The translations under genes were made by a program, and so were the position numbers. The notes below the pieces were generated by a model, which had not been told where the DNA came from, did not search any database, and saw only the letters and a list, made by a program, of their open reading frames with translations. 18,786 nucleotides of DNA from UHGV virus genome UHGV-1689787; one strand, 5' to 3'. This DNA comes from a virus. Positions 8,467 through 16,995 of the stretch are shown in pieces. The stretch's first letter is position 1. The number at the start of each line of letters is the position of its first letter.

Positions 8467-8951
8467 CACAACCCCATCTGAAAGCTGTCGCGCGTTTCGT
8501 ACGTGACCTTCTGGACTACGACGAGCAGCTGATCAAGTTCGACCGTCGGAACGTGCAGGCGTCCGACTTTTCCACCAGTTATATCGTGGTAAACGGCTCA
8601 CTACCGCAATCAGTGCTGGCCCGTGGCCAGCGCTTTAATGGTGACGCGGAAGTGATGACTTATAGCGCCTCAGTGAGCCACGCGATTGTCCTGGAGTTTT
8701 ACGGGGATAAGGCTTACGTCAACGCTGAAAGCTTCATGATGCTGAGTGAAAGCCAGCACGCGAACGAACTGCGCCGCACGCATTCACTCACCATCATGGC
8801 CGTCTCAAACATCATCGATGTGGGGCAACTCCTGGGGCAGTCCCACGGTAATCGTGTTCACCTGAGTTTCAATGTTCAGTATGCCCCTGCGCGGGACGTG
8901 CAGACACTGCGCATCGATACGCCGCAGTTTCAATTTTTAGAGGACAAGTAA
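8463..8951 (+). CDS. Putative tail terminator / sheath-proximal neck protein
   Basis: 162-aa ORF with start overlapping the upstream stop (ATGA). Immediately upstream of the sheath gene. Function inferred from position only. Confidence 0.4.
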   Translation: MTQPHLKAVARFVRDLLDYDEQLIKFDRRNVQASDFSTSYIVVNGSLPQSVLARGQRFNGDAEVMTYSASVSHAIVLEFYGDKAYVNAESFMMLSESQHANELRRTHSLTIMAVSNIIDVGQLLGQSHGNRVHLSFNVQYAPARDVQTLRIDTPQFQFLEDK

Positions 8952-10454
8952 ATGTCGGCATCAATTAATAACGTCATTAATGTGACGCTTCTCGAAGAGG
9001 GACGGGCGGCGGCGCGAGATAACATCAACGTTTGCGCAATTCTGACCAGCCAGACGGGGGTATTGAGCACTGCTGAACGCTGGCGTTCATACAAAAGCGC
9101 ATCTGCTGTCGAACAGGACTGGGGGGCTTCTTCAGTCACCGCAGCTTTTGCGAATGTGTTTTTCGGGACCAGTCCTAACCCGGTATCCGCGGGCGGCACG
9201 CTGATCGTCGGTTACTGGAACGCTGCCGGGGAAACGCTGCCTGCGACCAGCGGTGTACTGCGTGGCGGTGAGATTTCTCAGGCAGTCGTACTGCCAGCGT
9301 TACGCGAGAAGTCTGACTGGTCATTCAGTATTGAGATTGACGGCACTAAGCACGATGTGACTGAAATTAATGGCATGACGGCGACGACACTGGCAGATGT
9401 CATCGCCCAAATCCAGGCGAAAATTACGCCAGATGTTGCATCGGTTGTTTTTGATGGCAGCCGTATAGCGATTACCAACAAATCGACAGGGACTAACTCT
9501 GTTGTTGGTTATCCGACAGTGCTGGATGGTGGCTCTTTTATTGGCGATCTGCTGGCGGTTGCGGAGGGTTCCGGCGCTTCGCTGGTAAACGGTAGCGCAT
9601 CAACTGAGATTTCACCGGAAACACAACTGGAATCTCTCAGCAAACTCAAAGCGCAGGTCAACGTAAAAGGCGCGGCCTTCATCGACAAAATTCTCGATGC
9701 GCAGGTGCCGTTGATCGCTTCATGGGCTAAAGCGAACGCGGTAATCGTGTATGAGACATTTACCGGTTCGGCAGCTCTGGAAGTTGATCCGACTAACCCG
9801 GCATGGGCGGTAACACTCGCCAGCCAGAGTAATTTCCGCATGCTCTACAGCAAAACAGGCAACCGGAAATTTGGTGTTAGCTATATGGCGCGCACGCATA
9901 CCGTTAATTTCAACGGAGAACGCACTGCAATCACTTTGCACCTCAAAACGATGAACGTGCCGGCCGAAAGTTATGAGCAGACGGAGATCGACAAAGCGAA
10001 GCGTGTAGGTCTCGACATCTACACCACGATTAAAGACGTTCCCTGCGTGCTGTCGAGCGGTGCTAATGATTTTGTCGACAACGTCTATAACCTGATGGCC
10101 TACGTTGACGCAGTGCAGACGGATTCCTTCAACCTCCTTAAAACTACGCCGACTAAAGTCCCACAAACCTATTATGGCGTTGATCAGTTAGAGGACTGTG
10201 TAGAGAAAACCACGCATGGGTTTGTGAAGGCTGGGGTGTTCAATCCGGGTACCTGGACGCTGCCTGACTTCTTCGGGGATCGGGATATGTTTCTGCGAAA
10301 TATCGAGCAAAACGGGTATTACGTGCTGGCCGGTGACCTGAAAGACCAGTCAACCGCAGACAGGCAGGAACGCAAATCCCCGGTTGTTCAGGTAGCAGTG
10401 AAGAATGCTGGTGCTGTTCACAGTGCCGATATCATCATCAATTTCAATAAATAA
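8952..10454 (+). CDS. Tail sheath protein (DUF3383 / XkdK-like, by recall)
   Basis: 500-aa ORF with a GAGGA Shine-Dalgarno 8 nt upstream. Followed directly by a ~140-aa tube-like protein, a chaperone and a tape measure gene, the canonical contractile-tail order. Confidence 0.65.
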   Translation: MSASINNVINVTLLEEGRAAARDNINVCAILTSQTGVLSTAERWRSYKSASAVEQDWGASSVTAAFANVFFGTSPNPVSAGGTLIVGYWNAAGETLPATSGVLRGGEISQAVVLPALREKSDWSFSIEIDGTKHDVTEINGMTATTLADVIAQIQAKITPDVASVVFDGSRIAITNKSTGTNSVVGYPTVLDGGSFIGDLLAVAEGSGASLVNGSASTEISPETQLESLSKLKAQVNVKGAAFIDKILDAQVPLIASWAKANAVIVYETFTGSAALEVDPTNPAWAVTLASQSNFRMLYSKTGNRKFGVSYMARTHTVNFNGERTAITLHLKTMNVPAESYEQTEIDKAKRVGLDIYTTIKDVPCVLSSGANDFVDNVYNLMAYVDAVQTDSFNLLKTTPTKVPQTYYGVDQLEDCVEKTTHGFVKAGVFNPGTWTLPDFFGDRDMFLRNIEQNGYYVLAGDLKDQSTADRQERKSPVVQVAVKNAGAVHSADIIINFNK

Positions 10455-10464
10455 GGAGCGGTAA

Positions 10465-10896
10465 ATGTCTCAGATTGTTATCAGTGCAGATACCGCGACC
10501 ATCGTTCTGAATGGGCGAATCATCACGGATATCGCTGCGGGGGACTACGTCACGCTGACGCCATCCAATCCGCTTACAAGCCGCGCCAATAGTGCGAATA
10601 ACGGCGTCACAATCTCGGGGCGTGTTGATGCCGGGGTGCATGTGATGGTGATACGTGTCCAGAAATTTTCTAACGATGATATCTGGCTTAACCAGCAGCG
10701 TACCGCCGCGATCCCCGTTGTCTTTAACGGCTCAGTTAAAGAGTCGTTCGTGCGCGACGGCGCGGCACTGAAGGAAACCTACGATCTTCAGGCCGGTTCT
10801 ATCACCACACAACCGACGCAAACCAAAAACAACCAGGACGTTAACGCACTGATGGAATACACCATTGAGTACCGCAATGTCGTGCGTAATGTATAA
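10465..10896 (+). CDS. Tail tube protein (DUF3277 / XkdM-like, by recall)
   Basis: 143-aa ORF with a strong AAGGAG Shine-Dalgarno, directly after the sheath gene. Confidence 0.6.
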   Translation: MSQIVISADTATIVLNGRIITDIAAGDYVTLTPSNPLTSRANSANNGVTISGRVDAGVHVMVIRVQKFSNDDIWLNQQRTAAIPVVFNGSVKESFVRDGAALKETYDLQAGSITTQPTQTKNNQDVNALMEYTIEYRNVVRNV

Positions 10897-10904
10897 GGTC
10901 AGAT

Positions 10905-11318
10905 ATGTCTAAAGAACAGCAGAAAAAAGCACTCGAGATGATCAAGGCGGTCTACGATGACGGTTTTGCTGAAATCAACGGCAACCGCTACGACTTTGCT
11001 GCGATGACACACAAAAAACGCCGCAAGGTTTTTGCCTTCTTCACAGGCATTGCCTCTGAGTTATCGCGGCAGTCTCTTGAGTTTCTGGACTCAGAGCGAT
11101 TTGAGGAAATTGAACGCCTGATGTTCGATTACGTTCTGTTTGACGGTGTGCAACTGTCTAAGCAGCCGGAACACTTCGAATCCTACCCTGGTGATTACGT
11201 CATGCTAATCACAACAGCGCTTCAGGTTATCAGCCTGCCTTTTATGGGCGGGAGCAATATGAACTCACGTTCAGAAGCTCCAGACGTTCAGAAATTTACG
11301 TTAAATCCTCGAACATAA
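10905..11318 (+). CDS. Tail assembly chaperone (candidate upstream partner of a -1 frameshift product)
   Basis: 137-aa acidic protein between the tube and tape measure genes. The -1 frame is open across its 3' end (see feature 11327..11484). Confidence 0.5.
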   Translation: MSKEQQKKALEMIKAVYDDGFAEINGNRYDFAAMTHKKRRKVFAFFTGIASELSRQSLEFLDSERFEEIERLMFDYVLFDGVQLSKQPEHFESYPGDYVMLITTALQVISLPFMGGSNMNSRSEAPDVQKFTLNPRT

Positions 11319-11326
11319 GCGACGAC

Positions 11327-11484
11327 ATGAGCATGTATCTGGCGCTATCAAAGGCCGGATACGGCCCCTATCACGAACTTGTTAAATTAGACACACCAGA
11401 GCTGTTTGACATGCTTGAGTTCGAGAATATCAGCGCAGACATTCAACACTACGAGATGGAGAAGGCGCGGAATGGCGATAGTTA
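11327..11484 (+). other. Short -1 frame ORF bridging the chaperone and tape measure genes; candidate frameshift extension or independent small gene
   Basis: The frame that is -1 relative to the chaperone is open from 11195 (after a TGA at 11192-11194) to the TAA at 11482-11484. It contains ATG 11327 (MSMYLALSKAGYGPYHELVKLDTPELFDMLEFENISADIQHYEMEKARNGDS) and ends overlapping the tape measure start. Confidence 0.3.
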
Positions 11485-13268
11485 ACGAGCTTATTACCAA
11501 ATTCGGTTTTATCGGTAATCTGGCGCCGCAGGAAACCTTCAATGCAAATCTGAAAGCATCTATTGGTTTGCTTGCCGGGCTTGGAGCCGCTATCGCCGGT
11601 TCGGCTGCGGGGGTTGCTGGCTGGGTGACGTCTGTCAGTCAGTCTATTGATCCGCTGGTCCAGTTCTCCCGGGAAACGGGGGTGGCGATCGAGACCGTTC
11701 AGTCACTGGGTTACGCGGCGTCTGTAAATGGCTCAAGTGTTGATGCGTTGCAGGCTTCGCTAGGTGAGATGACAAAAAGAGTGGGGGAGTTCGTTTCCAC
11801 CGGTGAGGGGGAGGCGAAAGACGTTGCGGAAAGGCTGGGCCTTCAGTTCAAGGATATGAACGGGCAGGTAAAAAACTCCGATGTGATATTTCGTGAACTG
11901 GCCGACAAACTGCACGGCATGAGCCAGGCAGAGAAGTTTTCTGTTCTGGATAAGATGGGTATCGACCGTTCCATGGTGCAGTTGCTATCCATGACGGGCG
12001 AAGAAATATCTTCGTTGCAGAACAAGGCCGAGGCGCTTGGTGTTGTCACGCAAGACCAGGCCGATCAGTTTGCAGCCTACAACGATTCTCTGACAACGCT
12101 GGGGAAAGGCTTTGATGGTATCAAATTTCAGGTTGCCGTCGGATTTGTGCCGGTACTGAAAGACCTGGTGGATGGGTTTACGGACTTTCTCATTGCTAAT
12201 AAGGATCTCATCAAAAACGGGCTGGCCCATCTTGGGGAAATTATCTTCTCCGTTATGGGTATGATCCGTCGCTTCCTGCCGATTATTGGTCTTATTACCA
12301 CCGGATTTGTAGCCTGGAAAATTGCTGCTATAGGACTTAGAGCGGTGCTGGCAACCATATTCTCTCCTGTCGTACTGATCACTGCCGCCATTATCGCTGT
12401 CGTTCTTGTTATCGATGATTTGCTGACGGCTATGGAAGGTGGCCAAAGCGTTATTGCTGATTTCTTCAAAGATAACTGGGGAATAGATATTGTTCCCGCA
12501 CTGAAAGAGGCGAAAGCGTCGCTCATGGCTTTCATAAACTACGCTATTGGCGTGTTTAAACCGCTTGCTGATGCGATTGCCTCCATGTTCAGGATGGTGT
12601 GGCATCTCATCACAGGTGCGTTTACGGGTGATTTTCAGGGTGCGATGAAGGATGCGCAGAATATCTTTGATTCTCTTATAGCGTTTATCACTGGTGCATT
12701 TGGTGTCGTTGGTGATGCGATTAAATACGTGTTTGGCGATGCCGGCGCGTTTGTCGTTGATGTATTCACTACTGCCATCGAAAACACGAAGCTGATGTTC
12801 TCAGCACTATGGAAGTTAGTCACTGGCGATTTTGAAGGTGCATGGGGGGATGTGGTAAAAATCTTCGATAACGGCGTCGAACTGATGAAAAAACCATTCA
12901 CGGCTTTTATTGACTGGGCGAAAAACATCTTTGCTGGGCTGGGGGAATACATCAGCAATATTATCAGCAACGCTGCTTCAAATGCCTGGAATGCGACAAA
13001 GTCATTCTTCGGGGTCGGTGAGGATGAACAGCAGCAGGGAGTAACCGGCGGCGGTAACGGCGGCATGAGTCCTGGTGGTATTCCTTACGGCATGAATGCT
13101 GCGGTGGGACTCGGTGGTGGTGGCGTGACAAGCAATTCAAGCGTCAGCCAGCAGAACACGATTCACATCAACACATCCGATCCGGTTGTCGCCGGGAATA
13201 CTGCGGCAGATAGCCTGCAACAAAACATGAAGGATGCCAACCGGTTGAGTGGCAGAGGAGGTCGGTAA
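11472..13268 (+). CDS. Tail tape measure protein
   Basis: 598 aa from ATG 11472 (GAAGG upstream); an alternative ATG at 11406 gives 620 aa. Long hydrophobic central segments (IIGLITTGFVAWKIAAIGLRAVLATIFSPVVLITAAIIAVVLVI) and a Gly-rich C-terminus (GVTGGGNGGMSPGG...VGLGGGGV). Position after the chaperone fits. Confidence 0.75.
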   Translation: MAIVNELITKFGFIGNLAPQETFNANLKASIGLLAGLGAAIAGSAAGVAGWVTSVSQSIDPLVQFSRETGVAIETVQSLGYAASVNGSSVDALQASLGEMTKRVGEFVSTGEGEAKDVAERLGLQFKDMNGQVKNSDVIFRELADKLHGMSQAEKFSVLDKMGIDRSMVQLLSMTGEEISSLQNKAEALGVVTQDQADQFAAYNDSLTTLGKGFDGIKFQVAVGFVPVLKDLVDGFTDFLIANKDLIKNGLAHLGEIIFSVMGMIRRFLPIIGLITTGFVAWKIAAIGLRAVLATIFSPVVLITAAIIAVVLVIDDLLTAMEGGQSVIADFFKDNWGIDIVPALKEAKASLMAFINYAIGVFKPLADAIASMFRMVWHLITGAFTGDFQGAMKDAQNIFDSLIAFITGAFGVVGDAIKYVFGDAGAFVVDVFTTAIENTKLMFSALWKLVTGDFEGAWGDVVKIFDNGVELMKKPFTAFIDWAKNIFAGLGEYISNIISNAASNAWNATKSFFGVGEDEQQQGVTGGGNGGMSPGGIPYGMNAAVGLGGGGVTSNSSVSQQNTIHINTSDPVVAGNTAADSLQQNMKDANRLSGRGGR

Positions 13269-14074
13269 TGGGGATTCTAGACGGCCTCATGCAGGCGCAA
13301 TCTTCTGGCAAAGATACTGTTAAAAAGGTAGGGATCGGCGGGTTCTCAATGTTTGCCCGAGTGAGCGATGCTACTGAATACCCGTCTCAGGTTCCTGTAG
13401 ACGTGCTGGAGGATGGCAGTAACGCGTCAGACGACATTATCAATGGCCCGCTGACGATAAAAATCAGCGGTGTTGTTGCCGATATTTTTGTCGATGCGAA
13501 ACCAAACTCTTCTTTTAGCCTGATGCCAGATTATTCGAAGTATGGTGAGGTGCTGGAGTACATCCCCGCAAAGACGCAGCAGCAGTTGCAAAAAATGAAT
13601 GAGATTGCCGACCGCGCAGAGCAGGCCATCTTAAAGGCAAAACGCCTGGCTGATAAAGGAGCCGACCTGTTTGGGCTGGTGGGCAACCCGTCTACTGGTG
13701 GCGCTAAAGGTATACGCGAGCAATTTCTCGACTTCATTGAGGGGGTGTACTACGGCAAGCAGCTTATTTCCGTGGAGGTGGATTATCGCACCCATGAAAA
13801 TATGGCGTTAAGCGGCCTGACCATCAGTACCGACAATCAAACGATGGAAACTAAGTTTGAAGCCAGTTTTACAAAAATCACCTTCACGCAACTGACTACC
13901 GCACCGATTGAGCAGCACTTCAAATCCCCCTCGGCAGCTGCTAAATCAAAAACGGCGGGCGTTGCTAATAAGGGGGCGCAGACGCCCGCTGATAATTCTA
14001 AAAAAAGTAACGGGACCAGCCAGTCAAAATCAGTCATGACCTCGTTAAAAGGGGCGGCGAAATCTTTATTCTAA
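13268..14074 (+). CDS. Tail / baseplate-associated protein of unknown function
   Basis: 268-aa ORF with a GAGGAGG Shine-Dalgarno; its start overlaps the tape measure stop. Lys/Ser/Ala-rich low-complexity C-terminus. Confidence 0.5.
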   Translation: MGILDGLMQAQSSGKDTVKKVGIGGFSMFARVSDATEYPSQVPVDVLEDGSNASDDIINGPLTIKISGVVADIFVDAKPNSSFSLMPDYSKYGEVLEYIPAKTQQQLQKMNEIADRAEQAILKAKRLADKGADLFGLVGNPSTGGAKGIREQFLDFIEGVYYGKQLISVEVDYRTHENMALSGLTISTDNQTMETKFEASFTKITFTQLTTAPIEQHFKSPSAAAKSKTAGVANKGAQTPADNSKKSNGTSQSKSVMTSLKGAAKSLF

Positions 14075-14086
14075 TGAGAGCAACGT

Positions 14087-14422
14087 ATGGATCCGATAAC
14101 CAACATCACTGACGAACCTATCCAGCGGCATGTTCTGATTTTTGACCGTGGTGAGGCTGTGGTCACTATTCGTTATCTGCCTACGGTTGAAATGTGGAAA
14201 ATGCGCGTGGAGTACAACGGTGATTACATCGACGGCGTGAAGCTGTCCCTCGGGACGCTACATTTTCGGCACAAGAACTGGCCTTTCGACGTTGTGTTAC
14301 TTTGCGCTGACAATTCCGGCATTGACCCATATCGGGCAGACGACTTCGCCAGTGGTCGCATCGAAATGTATCTGGTCACGCCGGAAGAGATGATTGATAT
14401 TCGCGGGGGAGACGTGCCGTGA
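14087..14422 (+). CDS. Small tail / baseplate protein of unknown function
   Basis: 111-aa ORF between two baseplate-region genes; its stop overlaps the next start (GTGATG). Confidence 0.45.
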   Translation: MDPITNITDEPIQRHVLIFDRGEAVVTIRYLPTVEMWKMRVEYNGDYIDGVKLSLGTLHFRHKNWPFDVVLLCADNSGIDPYRADDFASGRIEMYLVTPEEMIDIRGGDVP

Positions 14423-15366
14423 TGGATACTTTTTACCGTGATTATCGGCTGACGGTGGGGATCGGCAATCAAGCAGTGATTATCGAGCCACCGATCACCG
14501 TGTCATTCAAGGCGCTGGAAACTGTGGACAAGAAGTCACTCGGCAAGCTGAGTGTGTCCATCAACGGGCTAAAGCCTTCCACGCGTCTGCAATTGCTCAA
14601 GTCCGAAGATGAAGAGAAGTATATCCCCGTTCGACTCGAGGTTGGTTACGACGGCAAGCTGCGCCAGGTATTTCAGGGTTCGGTTAAAAGCGGAGCAGTA
14701 AAGCGTGAGGGGGCGATCCACATCGTCAGCCTGGAATGTGAAGACGGTGGCCACGACTATATCAACGCTTTCACATCGCGCACGGTACGCGGGAAAGATC
14801 AGGTCGTCGATTCTGTCTTGCAGGATATGCCAAACACGAAAAAAGGCTCTGTGACGAAGCAACAAGCACTCATCAGGCCGAAGGTTCTGGTAGGTAGCTC
14901 CAGTAAAATTCTTACCGATACCCTTGCGTCCGACGAGTCATTTTTCATCAAAGATGAGCGCGTCCACATCCTCAAGGCTAATGAGGTTACATCGGGTAAC
15001 ATTCCAGTCGTGAATGCGCGTAGCGGTCTGCTAAATACGCCTCAGGCAACGAAGATTAGCGCACAGGATGACGGGGGGAAGAAAGCCAAGATGCCAACCA
15101 ATGAGCCTGATACGGATCCGGCAGGCAAAAAAGATACTGACTCGAGTACCTTAGCCAAATCCTCGAAAGGGCAGATCGTATTCGATACGAAACTGAATCC
15201 TATGCTGGTGATCGGTGGGCTTTGCGCTGTTGAAAGCGTGACGAACCCCGCGTTAAACGGGGTTTATAAGATATACCAGATTGAAACCAGCGGGCAGAAC
15301 AACGGGGCAGCCTGGTATCAGAAGGTGGTATGCCAGCCTGCCGGAAATTACTCAGTTGTTAACTGA
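14419..15366 (+). CDS. Putative baseplate hub-like protein
   Basis: 315-aa ORF in the position that XkdQ-type hub proteins occupy in PBSX-like tail clusters (recall). Its 3' end overlaps the stop of the minus-strand moron by 15 nt. Confidence 0.45.
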   Translation: MMDTFYRDYRLTVGIGNQAVIIEPPITVSFKALETVDKKSLGKLSVSINGLKPSTRLQLLKSEDEEKYIPVRLEVGYDGKLRQVFQGSVKSGAVKREGAIHIVSLECEDGGHDYINAFTSRTVRGKDQVVDSVLQDMPNTKKGSVTKQQALIRPKVLVGSSSKILTDTLASDESFFIKDERVHILKANEVTSGNIPVVNARSGLLNTPQATKISAQDDGGKKAKMPTNEPDTDPAGKKDTDSSTLAKSSKGQIVFDTKLNPMLVIGGLCAVESVTNPALNGVYKIYQIETSGQNNGAAWYQKVVCQPAGNYSVVN

Positions 15367-15885
15367 AGATTTTACTTCTTGCGTTACGCTGGAATTGGTT
15401 TTTTCTGGTGGGTGACGATCTGAAAGCCAGCCAAGAGCAAAAATAATGACTGTGAGAATAAAAATTTTCTCGCCTATTGAAAACTTCACCTTACCACCTG
15501 CATTTTTAAATGCCGTTTTCTCCTCGGTTGATAGTTTTCTAAATTGCTTATGGGTTAATACCATGACCAATGGGCGAGGTGGTTGAATATCTTCCTGACC
15601 ATCCTCTAACAACGTTGAGTCCGAAAAGAAACCAAGCCGCTCAGGTGCTTGTTCCTCTACGTTCTCAGCGTGTTTACCGGTGGAGTTCTTTTGACCCGCG
15701 AGCAAGTTTCCACTCGTGTAAGACAAACCGGTACCGGGAATGCCTGCGGTTGCCTTTACCCCTTTTTTACCAACGTTCAGGGTAGCACCAGCCTTACCAA
15801 TTGATGCGCTAGTAATGCCTGTTTTACCTATGTTTATATGAATGCCTGGTGCAATTTTGATGCGCTGTCTGAATTTGAATCCCAT
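15352..15885 (-). CDS. Moron: DUF4236-like protein with a C-terminal transmembrane helix (candidate superinfection-exclusion or defence protein, function unknown)
   Basis: Only sizeable minus-strand gene in the window, 177 aa. N-terminus (MGFKFRQRIKIAPGIHINIGKTGITSASIGKAGATLNVGKKGVKATAGIPGTGLSYTSG) matches the DUF4236 pattern as I recall it (GPG and GIPGTG motifs). C-terminal hydrophobic stretch (KIFILTVIIFALGWL). Own strong Shine-Dalgarno (AAGGAG 8 nt before the ATG). The 3' half is AT-rich relative to its flanks. Confidence 0.7.
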   Translation of the reverse strand: MGFKFRQRIKIAPGIHINIGKTGITSASIGKAGATLNVGKKGVKATAGIPGTGLSYTSGNLLAGQKNSTGKHAENVEEQAPERLGFFSDSTLLEDGQEDIQPPRPLVMVLTHKQFRKLSTEEKTAFKNAGGKVKFSIGEKIFILTVIIFALGWLSDRHPPEKTNSSVTQEVKSSVNN

Positions 15886-16000
15886 GAGTGACTCTCCTTA
15901 GTATTAAACGCTGGCGCAGGTTCGCTCTACGGCGATTAGTATGAGTATTTATCTAGCCATCCATTGAACCCACTCTGGCGGTTTTTTATGGGCTTAATTT
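15886..16000. promoter_or_regulatory. Divergent intergenic region holding the moron Shine-Dalgarno and probable promoter, and the upstream region of the baseplate spike gene
   Basis: 115-bp non-coding gap, the largest clean one in the window apart from the 153-nt chaperone-TMP gap. On the minus strand: AAGGAG Shine-Dalgarno, and an AT-rich tract (CTAGATAAATACTCATACTAAT) with several -10-like hexamers 35-55 nt upstream of the moron ATG. No convincing -35/-10 pair could be fixed by eye. Confidence 0.4.
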
Positions 16001-16618
16001 ATGATCGAAGAACTTCACGACACTATCGGCCTGGGTGTTGAATTTGCTCTGGCCGATGTTCACACCATTGTTGTCGCAAAAATAACGTCTGTAAATGACA
16101 AAACAATCAGTTGCGTCCCCGTTATCAATCGGGTTGTGAAAGGGAGCAGCAAGCAACTCCCAGAGTTCATTGAAGTCCCCCCGGTAATTTTGCAAGGCGG
16201 TGATAGTTATATCGCCGAACCAATTGCGGCTGGTGACTATTGCCTCGTCCTTATCTCTGAGCGTTGTTATGACGCTTGGTATGCGGGTAGCGACTTTGTT
16301 TCACCACTTGAAATGCGTATGCACGATTATTCAGATGGCTTCGCTCTGTGTGGGGTTAACCCACAGGCTACCGCGATCAATATCCCTAAGAAGAACAGGA
16401 TGATGAAGGGGGATTCTGACCACGAGGGTGATTTAAACCTCACAGGAAATATTACCCAGAAAGATGGTAAGACGACTCTGGAAGAATGCGATGTTCTGAA
16501 TGTACTTCAATATTCCCAGGTAAAGACAGGCGGTAAGTCTGGGGTGTCTGGTTCATTTCGAAGCGATGACGGGAAAACAATCACAGTTACCAACGGTATT
16601 GTCACGGAGATCTCATGA
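16001..16618 (+). CDS. Putative baseplate central spike / hub protein (gpV or gp138-like by position)
   Basis: 205-aa ORF immediately upstream of the DUF2634-like and Baseplate_J genes. No obvious Shine-Dalgarno before ATG 16001; an in-frame TAA at 15995-15997 bounds the ORF. Confidence 0.5.
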   Translation: MIEELHDTIGLGVEFALADVHTIVVAKITSVNDKTISCVPVINRVVKGSSKQLPEFIEVPPVILQGGDSYIAEPIAAGDYCLVLISERCYDAWYAGSDFVSPLEMRMHDYSDGFALCGVNPQATAINIPKKNRMMKGDSDHEGDLNLTGNITQKDGKTTLEECDVLNVLQYSQVKTGGKSGVSGSFRSDDGKTITVTNGIVTEIS

Positions 16619-16995
16619 TTGTTTCAGCACTTGATAAAAATGACGACTGGGGATTTGGGCGCGGGAAGGCAAACTATATAACTGGCGGTGCTGCTATCGC
16701 GCAGAAAGCCAAATGCCGGATCCGCTCGTTCAAAAACGATAATCCTCTCAACATGGATGACAACATCGACTGGCTTTACCTGTTATCAGAGAAAAACACC
16801 GAGCAGGAGATTCTGCGGGAGATAGAGCGCGTGACGCTGGCGACGGATGGGGTTATGCGCATTACCGCTCTGGCGATGGAGGTCAATAAGGCCACCCGGT
16901 CACAAAAAATCGAACTCAGCATTGAGACCGTCTATGACCAGCAGACGATCACCTTCCCGGTCAACGGAGCGTTGAAGAATGGCACTACAGTTTAG
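16615..16995 (+). CDS. Baseplate wedge protein (gpW / gp25-like, DUF2634-like by recall)
   Basis: 126-aa ORF with start overlapping the upstream stop (ATGA), immediately 5' of the Baseplate_J-like gene, as in PBSX-type clusters (XkdS position). Confidence 0.55.
   Translation: MIVSALDKNDDWGFGRGKANYITGGAAIAQKAKCRIRSFKNDNPLNMDDNIDWLYLLSEKNTEQEILREIERVTLATDGVMRITALAMEVNKATRSQKIELSIETVYDQQTITFPVNGALKNGTTV

Noticed and set aside
11985-12605. 206-aa and 135-aa minus-strand ORFs inside the tape measure gene
   Set aside because: Embedded antisense in the tape measure gene; translation is low-complexity. The + strand ORF has the expected tape measure features.
15570-15785. 71-aa + strand ORF within the moron locus
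   Set aside because: Overlaps the much better supported minus-strand DUF4236-like gene, with no Shine-Dalgarno and an unremarkable translation.
15907-15914. Short direct repeat ACGCTGG on both sides of the moron (also at 15384..15390) as a target-site duplication
   Set aside because: Only 7 bp, and the left copy is inside the moron coding region rather than at its boundary. Consistent with chance.
15961-15990. T-run (GGCGGTTTTTTAT) as a rho-independent terminator
   Set aside because: No convincing GC-rich inverted repeat precedes the T-run; it may simply be part of the AT-rich promoter region.
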